Shown here: positions 63,112 to 64,000 of the stretch, one piece after another | Numbering within the stretch: the stretch's first letter is position 1 | Layout of the letters: the number at the start of each line of letters is the position of its first letter | The notes under the pieces: generated by a model | What the model saw: only the letters and a program-made list of their open reading frames with translations | Database searches by the model: none | Told to the model about the DNA's origin: nothing | Source: Candidatus Eiseniibacteriota bacterium | Lineage (GTDB): Bacteria > Eisenbacteria > RBG-16-71-46 | Length of the DNA stretch: 64,000 nt | Direction of reading: 5' to 3' | NCBI GenBank assembly: GCA_020847735.1 | Contig: JADLBL010000020.1 | Location: 69,632-133,631 of the forward strand | Made by a program: the position numbers and the translations under genes

Positions 63112-64000
63112 CTAGGCCGCGGCCCGGCGCAGCTGCGCGAGGGTCTCGGCGGCGCTCGCGGGGCGGTCCACCGCGAGCCGGGACATGCAGCGCATGACGA
63201 TTTCGCTCACCCAGCCCGGCACGTGCGGCGCGACCTCGGCGAGCGGCGGCACCTCGGACTCGAGGTGCTGGAACAGCACGTTGACGGCGTTCGTGCCCGC
63301 GAACGGCAGGCGGCCCGAGATCATCTCGTACAAGACGATGCCGAGCGAATACAGGTCGGTGCGTCCGTCCACTTCCTGGCCCGTGATCTGCTCGGGCGAG
63401 ATGTACTCGGGCGTGCCGACCAGGATGCCGCTCTGCGTCAGGCGCGAGCGCGTTCCCTGCGCCACCAGCGCGAGGCCGAAGTCCACGATCTTCACCCCGT
63501 CGTTCGCGTCCACGAGGATGTTCGCCGGCTTGATGTCGCGGTGCACGATCCCCATCTGGTGCGCGGCCTCGAGGCCGTCCAGGACCTGCTCGGTGATCGC
63601 CAGCGCCCGCTCGACGGGCATCGGGCCGTCCTCGCGCGCGACGGTTCCGAGGTCGCGGCCGTCGAAGTGCTCCATCGAGATGGCGTGCGCCCCGCCGAGG
63701 TCCACCATGTCGTAGATGCGGATGACGTTCCGGTGCGTGATGCGGCGGGTGAGGCGCAGTTCCTGCACGAAGCGGCGGATCATGCTCTCGTCCATGGACA
63801 GCTGGGGCGAGAGGATCTTGAGCACCAGCTCCTCGCGAACGACGATGTCCTCGACGAGATAGACGGTTCCGAAACCACCGCCGCCGATGTAGCGCACGAC
63901 GCGGAAGCGTTCGTTCACCATCGTGCCGGGATCGAGCTTCTGGAAGTTGAGCACCTGCTGCCGCGCGGGCGTCGTCGGCGTCGGGGTGGGCGTGGGGACG
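63112..64000 (-). CDS. Hanks-type Ser/Thr protein kinase (partial; N-terminus beyond window edge), preceded by Pro/Thr-rich segment
   Basis: IGGGGFGTVY (subdomain I), VLK (II), HRDIKPANIL (VIb), DFG (VII), TPEYISPE (VIII). The frame stays open to the window end, through ...PTPTPTPTTP... upstream of the kinase domain. Confidence 0.8.
   Translation of the reverse strand, partial: VPTPTPTPTTPARQQVLNFQKLDPGTMVNERFRVVRYIGGGGFGTVYLVEDIVVREELVLKILSPQLSMDESMIRRFVQELRLTRRITHRNVIRIYDMVDLGGAHAISMEHFDGRDLGTVAREDGPMPVERALAITEQVLDGLEAAHQMGIVHRDIKPANILVDANDGVKIVDFGLALVAQGTRSRLTQSGILVGTPEYISPEQITGQEVDGRTDLYSLGIVLYEMISGRLPFAGTNAVNVLFQHLESEVPPLAEVAPHVPGWVSEIVMRCMSRLAVDRPASAAETLAQLRRAAA

Noticed and set aside
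1-64000. Searched for CRISPR repeats, IS/transposase/integrase genes, rRNA, and an exosortase (XrtA/EpsH) ORF
   Set aside because: No regularly spaced direct repeats. No DDE/Tyr-recombinase-like ORFs. No rRNA-like conserved stretches. No 8-TM protein with the exosortase Cys/Arg motifs; the multi-TM proteins present fit flippase, MBOAT, Wzy_C, UPF0104 or GT-C patterns instead.

Overview
This 64 kb window is about 71% GC and is dominated by one very large cell-surface polysaccharide (EPS/O-antigen-like) biosynthesis and export locus, running from about 450 to about 51,400. No lineage-specific marker was seen; on composition alone it most likely comes from a Gram-negative soil or sediment bacterium such as Gemmatimonadota, Myxococcota or Acidobacteriota.

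The locus is plus-strand-dominated and densely packed, with many ATGA/GTGA start-stop overlaps (translational coupling). In order it carries:
- a Wza-like outer-membrane export protein, a Wzz/GumC-like chain-length regulator, and a BY-kinase-like P-loop ATPase with a degenerate Walker A;
- an NTase-fold protein coupled to an AlkP-superfamily phosphodiesterase;
- two Wzx-type flippases;
- a polyprenyl-phosphate sugar synthase cassette (GT2 + DUF2304 + UPF0104), a divergent DegT/ArnB-type sugar aminotransferase, and an SDR-epimerase::Gfo/Idh/MocA fusion;
- two paralogous giant polytopic membrane proteins (GT-C-like candidates);
- two AsnB-family amidotransferases, a FemAB-like protein, an LbH acetyltransferase and a DUF3473-type polysaccharide deacetylase, which are the hallmark set of PEP-CTERM/exosortase-associated EPS loci, yet no exosortase is present in the window;
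- a Wzy_C/O-antigen-ligase-like protein, an MBOAT O-acyltransferase with its periplasmic partner, and a methyltransferase;
- behind a roughly 350 nt lower-GC leader, the main GT operon: a priming polyprenyl-P sugar-phosphate transferase, an ArnT/PMT-like GT-C enzyme, a nucleotide-sugar dehydrogenase, five GT4 and one GT2 transferases, ManC, a SPOR lipoprotein, a degenerate GlgC-like protein, a GalT-family enzyme and glycogen synthase GlgA.

Downstream of the locus are aspartate kinase on the minus strand, and a tRNA-Gly(GCC) with a consensus sigma-70 promoter and an intrinsic terminator. Then follow FolE, a GT2, an FAD-dependent oxidoreductase, a membrane protein, a DUF4301 protein and MsrB on the minus strand. 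The window ends with two divergent HD-GYP phosphodiesterase genes, tandem pilT/pilU on the minus strand, and a partial Ser/Thr kinase gene at the window edge.

No CRISPR array, IS element, integrase or rRNA was seen. Gene starts in this GC-rich DNA are often GTG or TTG and should be treated as approximate.
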